Shown here: in pieces, positions 33,056 to 45,783 of the stretch
Layout: every line of letters starts with the position of its first letter
Position numbering within the stretch: the stretch's first letter is position 1
Source: Eledone cirrhosa
Taxonomy: Eukaryota
Reading direction: 5' to 3'
NCBI GenBank assembly: GCA_964016885.1
Contig: OZ024754.1
Span: forward strand, 30,008,001-30,072,000
DNA length: 64,000 bases
Program-made: the position numbers and the translations under genes
The notes under the pieces: model-generated
The model's input: the letters and a program-made list of their open reading frames with translations, nothing else
Told to the model about the DNA's origin: nothing
The model's database searches: none

Positions 33056-34123
33056 TATCTCCCCTGTTTGCTGAAAATTTAAATAAGTGACATTGTCACT
33101 ATTTTAAAACAATAGCGTATGGTCTTCAAAATGCTTTTAATTAAGCATACAGTGTATTTTGCAATACACTATATATACATTCATATATATATCGCTATTT
33201 CAGAGCACCAATTCTAATTTTATATATATATATATTTACATCTATGTTAAAAGAAATGCAGCACTTATGAACTTGTGAGGCAATGCTTTTGAACATGAGC
33301 TGCAAATTTGGTATTTCTTAATGACATTATAGACTGCTGCCATGCTACATACAACCCATTTTTGACAAAAGTCTCAAGCACTCAGTAACTTGTATCATAT
33401 AGATATACTGTTTGGTCTCTTTGAACATCAATAAGAAATAGTGTTTTGCCAATTTTTACAATCACGGACAAGTTGGAACTCGAGTAGAGCCCCTAACGTC
33501 CAAATGGGCTTGAGGCCTGACATACGATCCTTTGCTCTACCAAGTGTATTTTATGAAGGCATCAACCTTAGAGAGGTTGACACAACTGAAGTGTCCACTC
33601 GACCCTTTTGGCTGAATACCCTTCCTATCACCAACCACCTAACAAAATGTACTGAGTGTATTTTTCGTGGTACTGCGTGTTGTGTATGTGTGTTTTTATC
33701 TGCATGCGTGCACGTATGCATGTGTGCATGTATGCATGTATGCATCTGTGCATGTGGTATGCATGTGATATACATGTATGCATATGTGCATGTATGCATG
33801 TGGTATATATGTATGCATGTGTGCATGTATGCATGTATGCATGTATGCATGTGTGTATGTATGCATGGCATTACACTTGTGATATGTATGTATACGTACA
33901 AATACATATGTTTATAAGTCTAAGCTTGTTTATATTTTACATACTGGAAACCAATGTTTTGGATAGTTTTACCATTTGCTAGTGGCTTGCAATTGAATTT
34001 CTTAATTAGTCGCAATCTTTCTAGTTTTGTGAAGCCCAGCCTATCATAATTAGTACTGAAGTAGATAGTTACGTATCTAAAAGTTCCAATATCACAGTTC
34101 TGTGTACGTGTATGTATATATAA

Positions 34124-34156
<33 letters not shown>

Positions 34157-34509
34157 TACTATTGAAGTTTCCGTTGAAAATTGAAAAAGTCAGAGGAATG
34201 AAGAGTGCTCTATGTAAGTTACAGAGCTAAATATTTAATGTATAATAAACAATACAGTAAAATTACCTCTTTACCAGAGGTTTCCCGAATAAGACGAATA
34301 CAAGAAACGTCCGCATTCGTTCGTCAGACAAGGCAATATATATATAGGAAAATGTATGACCCCGACGGCATAGCTCAAGCCGTTTCGATGGCTATTTCTG
34401 TCCAGAAATAACCGTTTCCTATTACCCACTCTACTACAATAAGTATTGAGTACTCTGGTGCGTTATGGTCCATCTGGTACAACTCCTTCGTTGTATATAT
34501 ATATATATA

Positions 34510-35765
34510 TACATATATATAGATAGATAAATATACACGGGTGTGTATGATTGTGTAGAGAAGATTATATTAATAAAAGGAATTCCAACTTTGTCTGATT
34601 TACTCGTTTTATTTACAATCCTTTAAAATTTATAATGGTATTATAATGAAATAGTATGATAGAATATTAAATGTTAAGTGTTAATTGAACAAGTACTTTC
34701 ATGCTTTCGCAATCTTCAGGTTCATAATGTGTGGTGACATTCACGTTTGCAATTTTCAACTGTAATGAGATGGGTAAATTTTGTACCTTATATACAGTGA
34801 AAAGTGGCTTCAGAATGCTAAATCTTGCAAACTGTATTTCGACCAATCGGTGTGTAGTTTCACAGTATTTAAATACTGGGTGGAAAAACATAGAGAAGTA
34901 ATGAATTAAAAGGCTTAATCACAGATCGATCTTTGAAAGACAGCCGAAAAATTTGAAGCAATTACTAACAAAAGCAAAGTTTGACCTTAACAACAAAGAC
35001 CAATCATTCACTGTATCTAAATGCAATGATAGTCGATGCGGCACATCTCAATCCATACACGCCGGTCAATATATGAAAACAAAAACTGGAAAAATATTCC
35101 CAAATGCAAATATGAACTGCAAAAGCAGAAATCTAATTTACTGCATTAAATGCCCGAATTGTGAAGAACTATATGTCGGTCAAACTGGAAATGCACTATC
35201 GCAACGTGCACGGGTACACCGTCAGCAAAATTAGAGACCCAAATGTCCGTCAGATACCCCTAAGTAACCATCTAGCAACATGTGGTCAGGGAATATTTAT
35301 AATATTCCCATTCTACAAATTACACAGCCCAAGTGAAATCAAGAGAAAAATCAAAGAAAAGAATTTTATTGATAAATTCAAACCCAAGCTAAATGAACAA
35401 TAATAATGGGAGATTACTCCTACTATGACTATGACTACGACCATGTCGACTACGACCCTTAACAACAACAACAATAATAATAATAATAATAAAAGTGATG
35501 TTGATAGTGATGATTACTAGAAAATGCTATTTTCATCATTTCTAAAAATAGCAAAACAATTGATGCTTTGGAGAGGATCAATTAGTGGTCGTTAGACATC
35601 CTCAACCAACCGTGACGCCTAAACCACTCAGCTTTAGTAATTCAGTGAAACTACATACCGATTGGTCGAAATACAGTTTGCAAGATTTAGCATTCTGGAG
35701 CCACTTTTCACTGTATATAAGGTACAAAATTTACCCATCTCATTACAGTTGAAAATTGCAAACTT
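34510..35765 (+). mobile_element. Penelope-like element 3' portion with inverted terminal segment
   Basis: 34745-34865 is inverted at 35645-35765 and encloses the GIY-YIG ORF. 34510-34840 is also the reverse complement of 30185-30480. Confidence 0.8.
34953..35403 (+). pseudogene. Penelope-like GIY-YIG endonuclease domain, one frameshift near 35230
   Basis: KCNDSRC..NCKSRNLIYCIKCPNCEELYVGQTGNALSQRARVHRQQ, then IRDPNVRQIPLSNHLATC..KRKIKEKNFIDKFKPKLN in the next frame. Confidence 0.88.
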
Positions 35766-36084
35766 GTGTGTATATGTGAGGTATCTCTCTACATATTTAT
35801 GAACTGAAGTGATATACTCATACAGAGAGGTGCAGCTTGTCTGTATGGGAACAATTTGTCAGCATTTTCTTTTCCTTTTACTCGTGTGTTACACCTCTAT
35901 TCTTTTAAATATCCTCACACGAGATACAGAAAATGCCAACAAAAACAGATACAACTCTTATCAACACAAATGAAGAGATTCTACAGGAACTCCACAAATG
36001 AGGAAACCGTCACCGGATACAAACCCTCCGAAATCGGTGATAAACTTCAAAACCTTTGCGATACTATCCAAACTATGTTCACTA

Positions 36085-36332
36085 CAGAAATAGCCGTCGA
36101 AACGACTTGAGCTCTGCCGTCGGGGTCATGCTTTTTTCCTATATATATATATATATATATAGCTTACAATACCCCCCTTTACCGTTCCTATCTGAACTCT
36201 TGACCAGTCCACTAACACAACTGAGATTTTCTATGTGAAAGAATACAGCTACCACCACTGCTGCTGCTACTACCATCCCTCTATATACACAAGAGTTCAT
36301 TTTACAGTCTCCCTCTCAACAAGGAAGATGTA

Positions 36333-36393
<61 letters not shown>

Positions 36394-36451
36394 TGGCCCT
36401 GTGATAAACAGGTGAAACTCCAGAGTATCAAGACTCACGCCTTAATAATAT

Positions 36452-36460
<9 letters not shown>
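36085..36460 (+). repeat. Local duplication of 31345-31730
   Basis: Near-identical sequence including the internal (TA)n tracts. Confidence 0.88.
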
Positions 36461-36512
<52 letters not shown>

Positions 36513-36825
36513 TATATATATAGAGAGAGAGATAGATAGATAGATATAGATATGTGGGGGTGTGGGGGGGGGGGGGTGTATGTGTGTGTGCGTGAGTGTG
36601 CGTGAGTGTACGTGTGTATCTGTATGCGTGTGTGTAATTCTTGTCTGATGGCTCTGTGATAAACAAGAGAGTAATACGACTCACTATTTAGCCTTAATAA
36701 AATTAATATCATTTATATATATAATACATATACTTAGGTTAATAGGAGTTAGGTATTGTATACCCGTATCCCATTAAGGTATTGGCAGCATAATAATTAG
36801 CTCTATGCTTTGGAGCAGAGCCGTA

Positions 36826-37055
36826 TATATGAAAAAGAACACAAGAGCGTCTACAACATCAAAAGATTTTTATTCTTGGACTCTACCAACCAAGATTTTT
36901 ATTATTGGACTCTACCAACCAGGTTGGTAGAGTCCATAACACCAATCAAACCCCTTTTATAGCTCTGACGAATCCTACGGTTACGTAAGGAAGAAACATT
37001 GTAAGCCAATAAAAATCTTTTGATGTTGTAGACGCTCTTGTGTTCTTTTTCATAT
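36826..37055. mobile_element. Tiny fold-back Penelope-like insertion containing a hammerhead
   Basis: 36826-36873 is inverted at 37008-37055. Internal palindrome ggactctaccaacc/ggttggtagagtcc. Confidence 0.75.
36962..37006 (+). ncRNA. Type I hammerhead ribozyme motif, GUA site
   Basis: GCT-CTGACGA-A-TCCTACG gtta CGTAAGGA-A-GAAA-CATTG-TA-AGC, then AATAAA at 37008. Confidence 0.72.
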
Positions 37056-37476
37056 AATACATATATATATATTACATATTATATATATTACATATATAAC
37101 ATATATGTGTCTATGTATTATGTATATATGTATGTTATAAAATATAATTACGTATCATAAAAGACGTATCATTTTAGTAATACGACAGAAATATTCTCCA
37201 CCACCACCCTCATATCCTTTACCTTTTTGTTTGGTAAGTTTCAAAGTGCTTCAAAACATTTTAGTATGATGGTGCTAATGTTAATCTTGCAGATAATGTA
37301 TTGTATCATCGCCTGACTGTTTATTACCATCACACGTCATCATGTCTCTTCTTACTTCATTATCAACATCGACCCATGTTTAAAAATATTTAAACTTCAT
37401 AATTATCTGTCAAAACCTTTCTTATTTCTTCACTTTAAAAGTCGTTCGTTACGTTTATCTTTTTTCTCTTTTTTTA

Positions 37477-37556
<80 letters not shown>

Positions 37557-37647
37557 TTGTTGTTATCTGTTACTTGTTTGCAATAACTTTTATGTCACGA
37601 CCTCGTTAAGTGTACTGAGTAATGACTAGTTTATGTTATTTTAACAC

Positions 37648-37714
<67 letters not shown>

Positions 37715-37957
37715 TTTTCTTTATTAACCACAAGGGTTCACATAAAGTAGACATTAAGGACAGTACAGGACAATACAGGACGGTACAAATGGGCATTTCT
37801 GCGTGTAAAAAAAACAGAGGTTGAAATAAAATAACAAAGAAAAATTCCCCAATAGGGGGGAGACTTCCAAGGGACATTTGTGGAGAAAGCCCATTAAAAG
37901 ACCACAGTGGCCCTGACCACCAGGGCAAGTGCCCTCTCCCAGTTTTCCACCTTTAAT

Positions 37958-40900
37958 TTACAGACACATACTCAGAGAAGGTCCATTCATTCGGGCCATA
38001 CTTGCTTCTCTCACCCATCTTTCAACAAAATGCTGGGAAGAGAGCACTTCCCTCTCTACTCTGATTTTCCTTTTCAAATGAAATTTGAAAAAGTTAATCA
38101 GGGCATCACCGAAGAGGTAAGTGCTCGTCTTCAGCCCTTTCAAACGTGTCCACCATACTATCTCTTTCGCCATGGCCACCAGACAGATAAAAACTGCCTG
38201 CCCTTCCAGGCTAAAGGAAGGGGGCGGGGCAATCCTCACGATGGACTCAGCTGATAGCTGGATCCGTCCTACACGTGACAGCAGGTGTTCGACATAAACC
38301 CACAAGTCAGCAATGCTCGGACACTGGACGAGTGCGTGCAGGACGGTTTCGTCGCCCTGCGCGCATCTCGGACATGCCCTGCTGACGGCACCTCCATGCC
38401 TGTAGAGTTTATCCCGAACTGGCAAAGCTCCTCGGTAGCACTGCCAGGCCAGGGATTTCTGGAAGTTGTCCATAGGCCCCGGCCCGAAAGTCCTTCCGAA
38501 GAGATTGGCTAGTTGATTTTCGTCGACGCCTAGAGTTTCTCCAAGTACGTCGTCGCTCTTCCCCTCCACTAATCCCCTATAGAACGCCAAGGTGGAGTTT
38601 CCACCGATCACATTGCCCGATTGGTCGAGGGCTGTGAGCGCCTGAAGACATTCCAGTCTCCAAGCGCTCCCTCTCGGTCTTCGCTTGACCCAGGACTGCA
38701 GCTCCGTCAAGGAGACGAGCTGGGGAAAACGTGTCTCGCAAACGGCGACCACACCTGATCACCGTCGAGGAAGAGGTGGAGATGTCGTAGCCTGAGTGCG
38801 TGTCTGCGCATCATCAGCCACGGCATGCCCAGCCCTCCACGTAGCGGGTGTTGACAGCAGATGGACCGCCTGACCATCGGAGCGCGTCCCTTCCACAAGA
38901 AGCGAAAGAGCAAACGCTCCAGCGCAGTCAGGCGGGGCTTAGGACAAGGTACGACGGTCAGGCGATAGTAGATGACGGATGCGATGTACGCATTCGCCAC
39001 CTCCGCTCGACCTTTCAGGGATAGCTTCCTCTCGGCCCATTTCTGGGTGAGAGAAGCCACCCTGCTCGTCACCTCGTCCCAGTTTTTGTCCGTCTGGAGG
39101 TCTGGACCGAACCAGACCCCTAGCAATTTAACCGGTCCGTCCGTCCAGCGCCCGACGACGCTGTTGGACGGCATGGACCTGCCTCTCCAGGTGCCGAGCT
39201 GCAGGCCCACTGACTTTTCCTGGTTGATCATTGCTCCTGTCACCGCTTCGTATTCTCTTAGTGTAGTGCCGATCGCCTCGATGTGTTTGGCGTTCGACAC
39301 CACTACGGTGACATCGTCGGCATATGCTGACACGGATCTTCCGCATCCTAGTTCGCGCGGGACCCCCCTCAACGTCTCCAGTTTGTGCAGTAATGGCTCG
39401 AGAGTCAATACGTACAATAGGGACGAGAGGGGACATCCTTGGCGGACCGAGCGCATGATGTTGAACGGTTCCGAAAGGTGACCGTTCACTCTCACTACAG
39501 AGCAGATGTCGCTGTGCATGGCAGCGATCCAGCCTCTGAAGACGGGCCCAAAGCCAGCCGCCCTCAGGACTGCCGCTAGGTAACGATGGTCGACCCTATC
39601 GAAGGCTTTCGACTGATCTAAATTGATCAAAGACCCACCCGTGCCAGGTTCCTTAGCTACCCTCTCTACGATGTATCGCATGAGGTGGAGGTTGTCGTGG
39701 ATGGATCTGTCGGGAATGGCGCATGTCTGTGCCTCTCCCACCAGACCACCAACGACAAGCGCCAACCTCTTTGCTAGCACCTTGGCCAAAATCTTGAACT
39801 CTGTGTTTAGCAGAGTTATGGGCCTAAAATTATCTATGTTATCCCCCTTGTTCGGATCCTTTCTCAGCAGCGCCACCGCTCCTCGGCTCACAGAGCTGGG
39901 AATTCTCCTGTTCTGTTGCCAGTTGCAGTAGACGTCCGCCAAGAGGCCTCCGAACAAGTTTGGCATTTGTACGTAAAGTTCATAGGGCAGACCATCCAAA
40001 CCAGGCGATTTACCCCTTGTGCAACTAGTCATTGCATCCCGTACTTCAGCGGTTGTTATCGGCTTTTCGCAACACTCCGCCTCAGTGGCCGAAAGCCGCG
40101 GCAGTCCGTCGAGGTAGACACTAAAGTCCATCCCTCGATCCGGCCCGCCACTTCCCCCGAACAGTTGAGCGAAGTGTCGCTGAAAAGCTTCACACATTTT
40201 CCCGGGATCGAGTAGCATGCGCCCGTCGTGGTCCACCAAAGACCGGATCGTGGCTTTGTTGCCACGACGCGCCTCCGCCACTCGGGCCCATTGAACGGCT
40301 TTCGTCCCCTCGTGTCTGAGAGCACGCACCCTAGCTCTGACAACGCAGCCTTCGTGCTTTGCATTGAAGAATTGGTCAAGGGCCAATTTCGCCGCAAGTA
40401 CGTCGGTCGCGATGCCTTTGCTAAGCGCCTCATCTAATTTTCTAACTAATTCTCCCTCTGCTCTATTTTTCTCTATTGCTAAAGTCTTACTAAACCTAAT
40501 GGACTCTATTCTAATTGCTCTTTTCAGAGCAAACCACCACTTGTTGTTGACGATGGCCCCCGTCAACGCCCGCTTAACTAGTTCGCTAATCCGGTCTCTG
40601 TAGGCCTTGCGCGCTGGTAAGGACGCGTTTAGCTTCCAGTAGCCGGGTCCTTGTCTATGAAGCCTATCTAAGTCAAGCACACAGATCACGAATTTGTGGT
40701 CCGTGTAGCTGACTATCTTGAATTGTGGACAGCCTATGCTAGACCTATCTATTTCCCTACAAAATACTCTATCTAGATATGATCTGGATGACCCTATGCG
40801 ATTTGTCCAAGTCCACATTGGTACATTCGGGAAATCCATTCGGTACCTGTCAGACAGTTCAAAACGTCTGAGCAGGTTGGTGAGACTCTTGCACCCTCCT

Positions 40901-41376
40901 TCCCTATCCACTAATCCCACACAATCCCAGCGTGCATCTAAGATCCCGTTCCAGTCGCCCACTAACACTAAAGAGCGGGACGTTCCAAGAAAGGTCTCCA
41001 AACGCCGGAAGAAATCAGGCCGCCCTGCTCCTGTCGGGGCATAGACGGCCACTAACCTGAAAGCTTGCCCGTCTCCGCTGGTCACGTCCAGCACCACCAA
41101 CTTACCTTCTGGGTCCAGGAAGATGGCCCGTATGGCAAGATCCAAACCTCTCCGAAAAAGCACAGCAACTCCTCCCCCCGATACCGGACGGCTGGGAGAT
41201 GCGTACACATCGTAGCCGCCGAAGATCGGTGCGAAAGCGTGTTCTTCGGAGATTCTGGTCTCGCTGATGGCCACTACATCTATGTTTAGTGACCTGAGGT
41301 CGTTGAGCAGGTGGCCCTGCTTCCATGACGACCCCAAGCCACGCGCATTTATGCTGCCTATTCTGAGTGAGGTCAT
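37958..41376 (-). CDS. ORF2: apurinic-like endonuclease, reverse transcriptase and C-terminal CCHC zinc finger; single 1-nt frameshift at ~38722 joins ORFs 38707-41376 and 37958-38752
   Basis: APE motifs SINARG, AISET, VGDWN, SYLDRVF, TDHKFV. RT motifs SPGLDG, FRPITLLN, DQSKAFDRV, RQGCPLS, YADD. C-terminal CPRC..ETVLHALVQC. Adding one base in the C4 run gives RHVFP-QLVSL. Confidence 0.93.
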
Positions 41377-41410
41377 GTTGAAAAGGAGTGGAAAAGATGG
41401 GAAAGACCAC

Positions 41411-42898
41411 TTACCTTACTTCTCGTAGGGGAAGGACGGCTTTTCCATCCTTTTCACTGCTTGTGGCCTCCTCAGGAAGGATGTCCTTATAAATCCTCCT
41501 GGAGAGTGCTTGTCGGAAGTCTCCGATGTCTTTGGGGAATTTTTGTTTTAGTGTCATGTACGTTTTCTGTGTGATGCGAGTGATTTGTATGTGTGGAGGT
41601 GGTGTGAATTTTGGGGTTGTTGTGTAGTCTTTTTCTGTGATGCTGGTGTTGTGTTGGATGTAGTGTAATAATTGCTTGTTGTTCAAATTTAATGCTGTGT
41701 AGTGTGTATCGTTTTGGTTGTTTTGTTTTGTTTGCGTTTGTTGTGGGTTTGTTTCTGTTTTGCATTTTGGTGACTTTTGTGGTGTAGGTGATGGTGGTGT
41801 TGGAGTTAATGATGGTGATGGTGTTGGTGTTTGGGTTGATGGGGTTGGTGATGCTGGTGTGGATGGTGGCATATCTGTCCTAACTTTTTTGTTTCTTAGT
41901 TTATTTGTTTCCCTCTGTATTTTGTTTTTGGAGGGGGAAGGAAGAGAATTTTTTCTTTTTTGGTTTCTTTTTTTTTTTCCGGATATCGTTTCCCACTCCT
42001 CGTCGTCACAATCTGTCTCCAGTTGTGATAGGCCGGGGAGTGGAAAATCCTCCACAGCCGTTAGTTTTGGTTGTGGTGTGGTGGATGGTGTAGGCGCTGG
42101 TGCTAGTTCTGAAGCGTTGGGTGGTGGTGGTGTTGGTTTTGCTGGTGGTGGTAGTGGTGTTGGTTTTGCTACTGTTGCTAGGGTTGTTGCTGTTATAGTT
42201 GCTTCTGTTGTTGCTGCTACATTTGTTGCTGGCATCTCTGCTACTGGTGGTGTTGATGGTTGTGTCACTGGGGTGGGTAGGAGAGGTGGCCTCAACCTTT
42301 TAGCCTGAGGGCAGAAAGCCCTTAGGTGGGTTCCTTCACCACAAACGACACACCTAGGTCTTCTGCCCTCGACAATTACCGAGAGGTGGCTGCCGTCAGT
42401 GAGGTCTATTACCTCTGGGATCTCCTCAATGTTTTTTTGGTCCGCTTGGATCAGGAGCTCCATCCCAGATCCGGACCAGTTTTCCTGCTTTTCTTTTGCT
42501 ATTGTTATTATTTTCGTGTTGGCCTCGATGCCGGCGAGGACAGCCGCTATTAGCCAGGGAATTTCGATGGCCGGTGGAACGTGGGTCACCCTGATCTTTA
42601 CGAGTCTCTGGCCACAATAGCTTGGGACGAGTGTGAAGTCGTCACTTTTTAATGGGGCCATGGAGTGTTCTCTATCCTCCTCTGGTGTTTCAAAGAACAC
42701 ATCCACGGTTCCATACTTTTGCCCACGTCTGATGTGGGTTTTTCTTGCCCACACATGTCCCAAAGCTTTTTGGATTTGGGACTCGGATGCCCGTTCCACT
42801 CGGCGCGATTTTACATTTATTGTTCTATACGACACGGTGCATAGGCGCCGATGCTCCATTTTATTAGGTGGGGGGGGTGAGGCTGACCCTGTACCCAT
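41411..42898 (-). CDS. ORF1, gag-like nucleic-acid-binding protein with zinc knuckle
   Basis: 495-aa ORF ending 34 nt before the ORF2 start. CX2CX4HX4C knuckle CVVCGEGTHLRAFC, a P/T-rich linker and a basic KKKRNQKRK patch. True start uncertain. Confidence 0.85.
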   Translation of the reverse strand: MGTGSASPPPPNKMEHRRLCTVSYRTINVKSRRVERASESQIQKALGHVWARKTHIRRGQKYGTVDVFFETPEEDREHSMAPLKSDDFTLVPSYCGQRLVKIRVTHVPPAIEIPWLIAAVLAGIEANTKIITIAKEKQENWSGSGMELLIQADQKNIEEIPEVIDLTDGSHLSVIVEGRRPRCVVCGEGTHLRAFCPQAKRLRPPLLPTPVTQPSTPPVAEMPATNVAATTEATITATTLATVAKPTPLPPPAKPTPPPPNASELAPAPTPSTTPQPKLTAVEDFPLPGLSQLETDCDDEEWETISGKKKRNQKRKNSLPSPSKNKIQRETNKLRNKKVRTDMPPSTPASPTPSTQTPTPSPSLTPTPPSPTPQKSPKCKTETNPQQTQTKQNNQNDTHYTALNLNNKQLLHYIQHNTSITEKDYTTTPKFTPPPHIQITRITQKTYMTLKQKFPKDIGDFRQALSRRIYKDILPEEATSSEKDGKAVLPLREVR

Positions 42899-43602
42899 CT
42901 TTCTTTACCATTTGTTTGGCATTTTCTAAATCTTCTTGAGTTACGGTAAATGCTTCGAATTGTTTTGCTACTCTGGCGAAACTGAGGGGGGGGGGTTATA
43001 ATGTCATTGTTGTTGTTGTTGCTATCGTTAATATTAATTTTAGTTTCAGTTGTGGTGGTGACGTCAGTCGTCTTTGGTGGGGAAGAGTCCATTTTGCTTG
43101 ATTTCATTTCGACATCACGAGTTAATTTATTTTTTCTTCTTTTGTTTCTGTTGTCGCGGTGGTGGTGGTGGTGGTGGTTGTCGCGGTGGTGGTGGTGGTG
43201 GAGGCTTTAACACCTGCAGTCATTGGTAATGGCGGGAAATGAATGTCTGCCTGAGGCAAATTTAAAATATTGCTACTGCTTATATTTTTTTTGTGTTGGC
43301 AAACGTAGTAACATTTACAATGGTGGTGTCGGTGTGAGGTGTTATTTTGTGAGGAAGGCTTTCAGCTGCTTCGTGCAGAGGTGAAGTAGCCATTTTTTTT
43401 CAAAGAAATTTTTTGATAATAATAAAAGTTAAAATTTTGGGCACAAGGCCCCAATCTTTTTAGGTGTCCTTTTCGGAAAACAATGTATGTGTGCTTATAA
43501 ACAGTTAACAATAAAATTTTCCATAAATGGCAATTTTTAAACAAACGGAAATAACAAACCTTTGCGGAGCTCACGATAATACGATTTCCTACGTAGGTCG
43601 CC

Positions 43603-43676
<74 letters not shown>

Positions 43677-44680
43677 GTCCCATTTACTGCTGAAATGGAA
43701 AACACAGAAAAAGCAAAGCAGGTAAAAGTAACTGCAAAGAAAGAACTGCTACAGAAACTGGCTAAGAAATGGCAAGAAAAGCCTCTGTATGGAAAATACC
43801 CAGAACGAGCTAACAATCCTGATGTTGACAAAACTTTAACCCATCAGTGGTTGGCATCCTCTGGACTGAAATCGGAGACTGAAGGACTGATTATATCAGC
43901 ACAAGATCAGTGTCTGCCAACAAAAAATTACCAAGCCAACAAAATAAAAAATGGATGCAGCCCATTATGCCGTGTATGTAAAAAACAACCAGAGACCATT
44001 GACCATATAATTTCAATGTGCAGTCCTATAGCTCCAACCGAATACCTAAACAGGCATGACAGAGCTGCACAATACATACATTGGATAATGTGTAAGCATT
44101 TTGACCTGCCCCATCAAAAGAATTGGTGGGAGCATCAACCACCTCCCATACTTGAAAAAGATCACATCTCAATCTTGTGGAACTTTAGCATCCAAACAGA
44201 CCGAAAAATAGATGCAAATAGACCTGATATAATATTGAAGGACTTTAAAAAGAGGGTATGCCTGCTAATTGATATGTCCGTTCCAATAGACAAGAATGTA
44301 TCTATAAAAACATTTGAAAAATTGAGCAAGTATAAGGACCTGGAGATAGAAATTGGAAAAATGTGAAAATTGAGAACTAAAACAATACCAGTGGTTGTAG
44401 GCGCTCTAGGAATGATACCTAAGGGGTCTAATGATTACTTATCGCAAATCTCAGGAAACCCGCGTATAGGAGAAATACAAAAGATAGTACTAATGGGAAC
44501 TGCCCATATACTAAGGAAGATTCTGTCAATATAAGTACATCACAAGTCTAAACACCTAAAGATGCATGTGTGAGTATGTATGTTCTTTCTTGAACATGGC
44601 GGACCTTGTTGTCTCTTGAGGTCATTGGCTGTGACTTGGTGATAACTCGTATGAAAATAAAGCAAGATAAATGCAGCTGT
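43677..44680 (+). mobile_element. 5'-truncated R4/Dong-type non-LTR retrotransposon flanked by (AAT)n
   Basis: RLE-type C-terminus and a short 3' UTR ending directly in (AAT)n at 44681. Confidence 0.88.
43695..44534 (+). pseudogene. CCHC zinc finger and PD-(D/E)xK restriction-like endonuclease; premature TGA at 44364-44366
   Basis: ETEGLIISAQDQ, CRVC..ETIDHIISMC, YLNRHD, NRPDII, LIDMSVP, EKLSKYKDL. The frame continues past the TGA as KLRTKTIPVVVGALG to TAA at 44534. Confidence 0.9.
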
Positions 44681-45016
44681 AATAATAATAATAATAATAA
44701 TAATAACAACAACAACAACAACAACAAAAACAGCAACAACACATAATGAAACACCTAATGTAAAGGAAAAAATTGAAATGTTATTGTAAAGTCATCAGTG
44801 TAATTAGTTATTTCACAAGTGTTAATTTATCCAGTTGTTTTCAATAGGTTTCACTAACTTTAACAAATTATTCTCATGTTGTTAAGTGGTAGTGATGAAG
44901 TTTCCTATTGCACATTTGTGACACTGTGTTAGATAAATAAACGGGAAATAGTTCTCACAGATGTTTTCTGGCTCTCATCACTTTTCTATGTTTAGAGAAT
45001 GAAATGACTAGTAATA

Positions 45017-45183
45017 ATTGCACAAGGCCAGCAATTACCCAGTACATTACTGGTACTTTATTTTATCGACCTCGTAAGGATGAAAGGCAAAGTTAACCTT
45101 GGCGGGATTTGAACTCAGATCGTAAAGGGACGTAACTATGCTGGAAACCATGTCCAACCCTCTACCAACTCTGCCAATCCACT
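45017..45183 (-). mobile_element. SINE family S
   Basis: Reverse complement of the 26610 consensus. Confidence 0.82.
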
Positions 45184-45307
45184 GAGTAATAATATATATA
45201 TATGAGGGACAGAAATCGAAAATGCAACTGGAGTCTTTTTAGGAATATTTATTTGTTTCCTTTACCGGCTTCACATTTCTTATAAGTAGACTTGAGGGGG
45301 TTTCTGG

Positions 45308-45349
<42 letters not shown>

Positions 45350-45411
45350 TCACTCTCTCTCTCTCTTACTCTCTCTCTCTCTCTATCCTCTCTCTCTCCT
45401 CTCTCTCTCCC

Positions 45412-45470
<59 letters not shown>

Positions 45471-45519
45471 ATATGTATATATATATATATTAGAGTATGA
45501 GGTTAACCATAGGTTTTTC

Positions 45520-45575
45520 CGTCTGAAGAGCTCAGGCTATCATAACCGATAGTCCTCAGTGAAATATGTAAAACG
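45520..45575 (+). ncRNA. Hammerhead motif with long stem II, imperfect stem I
   Basis: CGT-CTGAAGA-GCTcAGGCTATC ataacc GATAGtCCTcAGT-GAAA-TATG-TA-aaACG, then AATAAA at ~45584. Confidence 0.55.
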
Positions 45576-45783
45576 ATATTTTAAATAAACCTGAATCAAC
45601 TGAATAGGCCTCCGATCTTTTATTAATATATATATATATATGAAAAGTGTAATTTTTTACACAAAACGAAGGTTATAGAGAAAATTGAGGTTGGTAATGG
45701 CACGTGGAATATATAAGAGACAGAATACTTTTTTGTGAAAAAACATATAATTTTATAAAGTAAGGAAATAATAAAGGGTATAA

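Larger units (their letters stand above)
37714..43602 (-). mobile_element. Full-length L1/Tx1-clade non-LTR retrotransposon (~5.9 kb) inserted in (AAT)n
   Basis: ORF1 plus APE-RT ORF2, AATAAA at 37725-37720, and (AAT)n directly on both sides (37648-37713 and 43603-43676). Confidence 0.93.

Noticed and set aside
37907-42620. Plus-strand and alternative-frame ORFs inside the LINE
   Set aside because: Shadow ORFs of the GC-rich ORF1/ORF2.
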